Below are positions 60,997 through 64,000 of a stretch of DNA of 64,000 bases, piece by piece; positions within the stretch are counted from its first letter, which is position 1; every line of letters starts with the position of its first letter. The notes under the pieces are model-generated. The model saw nothing but the letters and a program-made list of their open reading frames with translations, was not told the DNA's origin and searched no databases. The position numbers and the translations under genes are program-made. The stretch covers positions 47,323-111,322 of the forward strand of contig CAMQYZ010000003.1 in the NCBI GenBank assembly GCA_947039505.1, given 5' to 3'. The stretch is from an uncultured Mycoplasma sp. (GTDB lineage Bacteria; Bacillota_I; Bacilli_A; Mycoplasmatales; Metamycoplasmataceae).

Positions 60997-62693
60997 TTTT
61001 CCTCAATAAAATTGACTAAAGAATTGGTTATATTTTCATTATTTATTTTAAGTTTAATGCCGTTCTTCACAATAAATGAATGCAAATTTTTCAATTTTGC
61101 ATCTTTTGATATTTTAATAAAATCCGTTTTACTAACTATACTTTCATCAAAATTGCAATTAATGATAAAATCATAGAAATCACCTTCAAATCCATCATGA
61201 TTCTCTGAAATTATTACACTATTTTCTTTAAAAATAGCAAGTATTTGTTTCATATTTTCTTCAATATTTTGATCAACATTTTTCTCTATAGAAAAATTAA
61301 ATAGTTCTTTCAATTCTTCATGATAGTCTTGTTTTCCCAAAATTGTTTTTATTTTTTGTTTTTTATCTTCTGGCAAACACTCTAAAACTCTCTTTATACC
61401 AGCATACTGTTTTAACTGTTTTCTGCTAACTTTATAAATATCATTATCAGTTTTAATAATTACATTAATGCCCAAATTTTCTAACATATTTTTAATTCTA
61501 TGAAAGCCAATTCCATATACACAAAAAACACCAGCATTTGTATCATATAAATATTTACTAAAGTTATCATCTTCCCTTTCCAATTGGTTGTAAAAATATT
61601 TCTCAGTTCATCCTTCTACCAAAATTACCTTATCATAAAAAAACATTTCTGTAAACTCAGGGAATATTTTTTCACCTAATTCTTCAAAATCACTTTTTTT
61701 AATATTTAAAGAGAAGAATTTTTTTTCTGAATTGGGTGATAACTTAATTATTTGATCTGTTTTTTTAAGGTCTATTATATATGGAGAGTGAGTTGTATAA
61801 ATAACTTGATCAAGACCCAAACTTGATATAACTTGAGAAAATCTTCTTTGCATTATTGGATACATATTGTTTTCAGGTTCCTCAATTATAAATATATTTT
61901 CTTTGTCTTTGTTACTTTTAATATATTCTAAAACCAGGGATAGAACCTTGCTTTTACCATCACCTATATTTTTTAAACTATTATTTTTATTTTGTTCAAT
62001 TATTAGTTTTGGAATCACATCTAACGACTTATACAAATTAGACACATCTATATTGCTTGATATTTCAAATCTTATATCATCAAAAATTTCCTTAAAATTA
62101 GTTTTATTTAAATCTCTATTTAATTTAGCAACATCAGAATCTGAATTTATAATTTCATTTAAATCTTTTATTTGCTTAGTTACATCTACTTTTATTAAAT
62201 CATCATCATTTGTATATTTAAAAAAGGATTTTTTAGATTTTTCTAAATTATAATTTGCATTAATATAAGTAAATGAAAGAATCTTATCTAAGGGGTTTGA
62301 GTAAGAAGCAGGAAAGGAAAACTCATCATTTTGTCCAAAAATTATTTTTTCTTTATAATTAGAAATGGTTTGATCATATTCTCCAATATAATTTACACAC
62401 AATATTTTTTCATCTTGTTCAACATATTTTGCAATTTCTGAATAATTAACTGGATTAATTTTTGAAAAATCAAAGTAAATACTAATTTCTATATTTTCTT
62501 TATTATAATTTGTAGAATCACTATCTTCTAAAGGTATTTTTCTTACCGAATAATTCAAAACCTTATTTATAGCATGACAAAGATTTGATTTTCCAGAATC
62601 ATTTTTACCAATAATTAAAAAATCACTTTTCAAATTATCTAATTCAATATCAATACCTCTAAAGTTTTTTATTTTTATATATTTTATATGCAT
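60984..62693 (-). CDS. gajA: Gabija GajA-like OLD-family ATPase-Toprim nuclease
   Basis: IKIKNFRGI, Walker A GKNDSGKSN, IFIIEEPENNMYP and YTTHSP, then Toprim VILVEGWTE and IKTDNDI. 570 codons with one TGA. Confidence 0.75.
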
Positions 62694-62744
62694 ATTTTAA
62701 TCCTTTGTGTAATAAAATAATAACTTATATCATTACTTTTATCT

Positions 62745-63110
62745 CAATTCTTCTTTTGTAAAGCTCATGTAAGGTTCTTTCACTAAATCACTAGTAATGA
62801 AAAATGTTATTTTAACATATCATTAAAATATTCCCCCACGAACAGTTCTTAGATTAGTTTTAACTAATTAATATACAATCGCTTTATTTCTTTTTATAAA
62901 AGGCACTACAAAGGGTTCTGATTGAAGGTTTTAAATTAATGAATAATAAGTGTTTTTTTTCATGGATTTCATAGTGATGTTTAACTTGCTCATTACTTAC
63001 ATCAAGATATTTAATTGAAAGAATATCATTTTTTCTTTTTTAGTAATTACTTTACTAATCAAATGTCTTTTTACAGAATTTGGATTAATCATTAAAAATA
63101 TTTTTTCCAT
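62745..63110 (-). pseudogene. Decayed copy of ndk
   Basis: It starts MEKIFLMINPNSVKRHLISKVIT, matching intact ndk MEKTFLMIKPNAVKRHLIGKVIT. It then frameshifts to an early TAA. The 3' end (...caattcttcttttgtaaag) also matches the ndk end. Confidence 0.85.
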
Positions 63111-63184
63111 ATTTATACAACCACTTAGTTGTTTCTATAATTAAAGGTCAAGACAATTAAAGAATATATTCAAAAATAAACTTA

Positions 63185-63832
63185 CTAAGTGTCAAAATAT
63201 TCTTTTGAAATTTCAAGATTTATTTTATATTTTTCAGTATCTAAATCCTTAAAATGTGGTGCGCCCAAATTCCTAGACAAAGCAATAATGTGTTTTTCTT
63301 CAACTATTGTTTTACTATAATTTTCAAAAGAATCAAAGGAAAGTTTTGCATTAACTTCTTTAGTGACAATATCATCTATAAATAAAAGGATGTTATTTTT
63401 TTCCGGATTTATATGTCCACAAACTCTATATTTAAAATCTTGAATATTTAAAGAACATATACTCAATACCTCTTTTTGTCACTCTTCTTGGTGATTTGTG
63501 TAGAAATCTTCAGTATATGTATAAAAAAATATAATTTCACTATCAATTTGTCTAATAATGGGTTCGAAAGAGGCCATTCTATTAATTTCATAATATAAAC
63601 CTTTATTCTTTGTAGCAGGGAAAACAATTATTATATTCTTTGACTTTTTTTGTGATTCAAAAATTATTATTTTTATTCTATTCATAAAATCATTGTATAG
63701 ACTAGGCATTTTGTCTTTAATTTCACTAGCATAATTTATAGATTTGCTTTTTAACAAATTAAAATTTTTCTTTTGTTTCTCAGTGTAGTGACTATACCAT
63801 ACACAAGCTTGTACTGATGTATAATTGCTCAT
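63185..63832 (-). CDS. Hypothetical protein (215 aa); weak PRTase-like segment
   Basis: Two same-frame pieces joined by TGA. The start is coupled to the upstream stop as TAATG. NNILLFIDDIVTKEV loosely resembles a PRPP-binding loop but lacks the TTG-x-T part. Confidence 0.5.
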
Positions 63833-64000
63833 TAATCAATCTCCACCAAATATTGTATTATTTTCTCTGTTCATGAATTTTTCTTCAAGAATTCTAAATT
63901 TTTTTTATAAACGTTACTTGGTAATTTTATAACTTTATTGCTAGGTTTTTTTGATACTTCATACATTTGAGATAATGTTCCTGATTTGTTTTCAAAAAAC
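63832..64000 (-). CDS. Hypothetical protein, 3' end only (5' end outside window)
   Basis: The open frame ...FENKSGTLSQMYEVSKKPSNKVIKLPSNVYKKNLEFLKKNSWTEKIIQYLVEID ends at TAA 63832-63834. Confidence 0.4.

Larger units (their letters stand above)
50020..63832. other. Mosaic defence/accessory island
   Basis: This stretch holds a cluster of defence-type genes (DUF4238 x2, NTase, AAA_13 ATPase, GajAB), gene relics (ndk, DUF4238), long non-coding AT-rich spacers, and mixed strand orientation, unlike the backbone. Confidence 0.6.

Overview
Very AT-rich Mollicutes-type (Mycoplasma-like) chromosome segment that must be read with translation table 4. Nearly every conserved gene is split in the supplied standard-code ORF track at TGA codons that join the same frame. 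For example, the invariant sigma-70 motif ATWWIRQ is encoded with TGA-TGA at 2325-2330. I re-joined fragments by hand translation or by frame arithmetic. Long genes whose interiors I did not check codon by codon are flagged.

Layout:
- 1-24.3 kb: housekeeping backbone, almost all on the minus strand. It runs rbgA, NIF3-like, rpoD, dnaG, glyQS, tsf, rpsB, aspS, hisS, secDF, ruvAB, tRNA-His, efp, pepP, rpmG. Two accessory inserts interrupt it: a type II-like R-M pair (m5C methyltransferase carrying an in-frame G10 tract plus an HNH_2 nuclease), and an MccB-like/MccF-like fusion gene next to aspS.
- 24.3-33.4 kb: lipoproteins and a translationally coupled five-gene operon (GTP cyclohydrolase II-like, unknown protein, two glycosyltransferases, short UDP-sugar dehydrogenase), followed by a DUF4145 protein.
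- 33.6-41.2 kb: tandem array of five BspA-type LRR lipoprotein paralogs, interleaved with duplicated 3' fragments of the upstream gene.
- 41.2-49.8 kb: two very large membrane-anchored proteins behind an ABC ATPase/permease pair.
- 50-64 kb: mosaic defence-type island. It holds two DUF4238 paralogs plus a fragment, a nucleotidyltransferase fusion, three abutting perfect palindromes, a PnuC-like/deoxynucleoside-kinase fusion, ndk plus a decayed ndk copy bracketing an AAA_13 ATPase and a Gabija (GajA/GajB) pair, and two unknown genes.

No rRNA, CRISPR array, transposase or integrase was recognised.

The best candidates for something undescribed are the MccB-MccF fusion with Asn-terminated micro-ORFs beside aspS, and the RibA-like/glycosyltransferase operon. 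All functional calls rest on motif recognition by eye; no searches were run.
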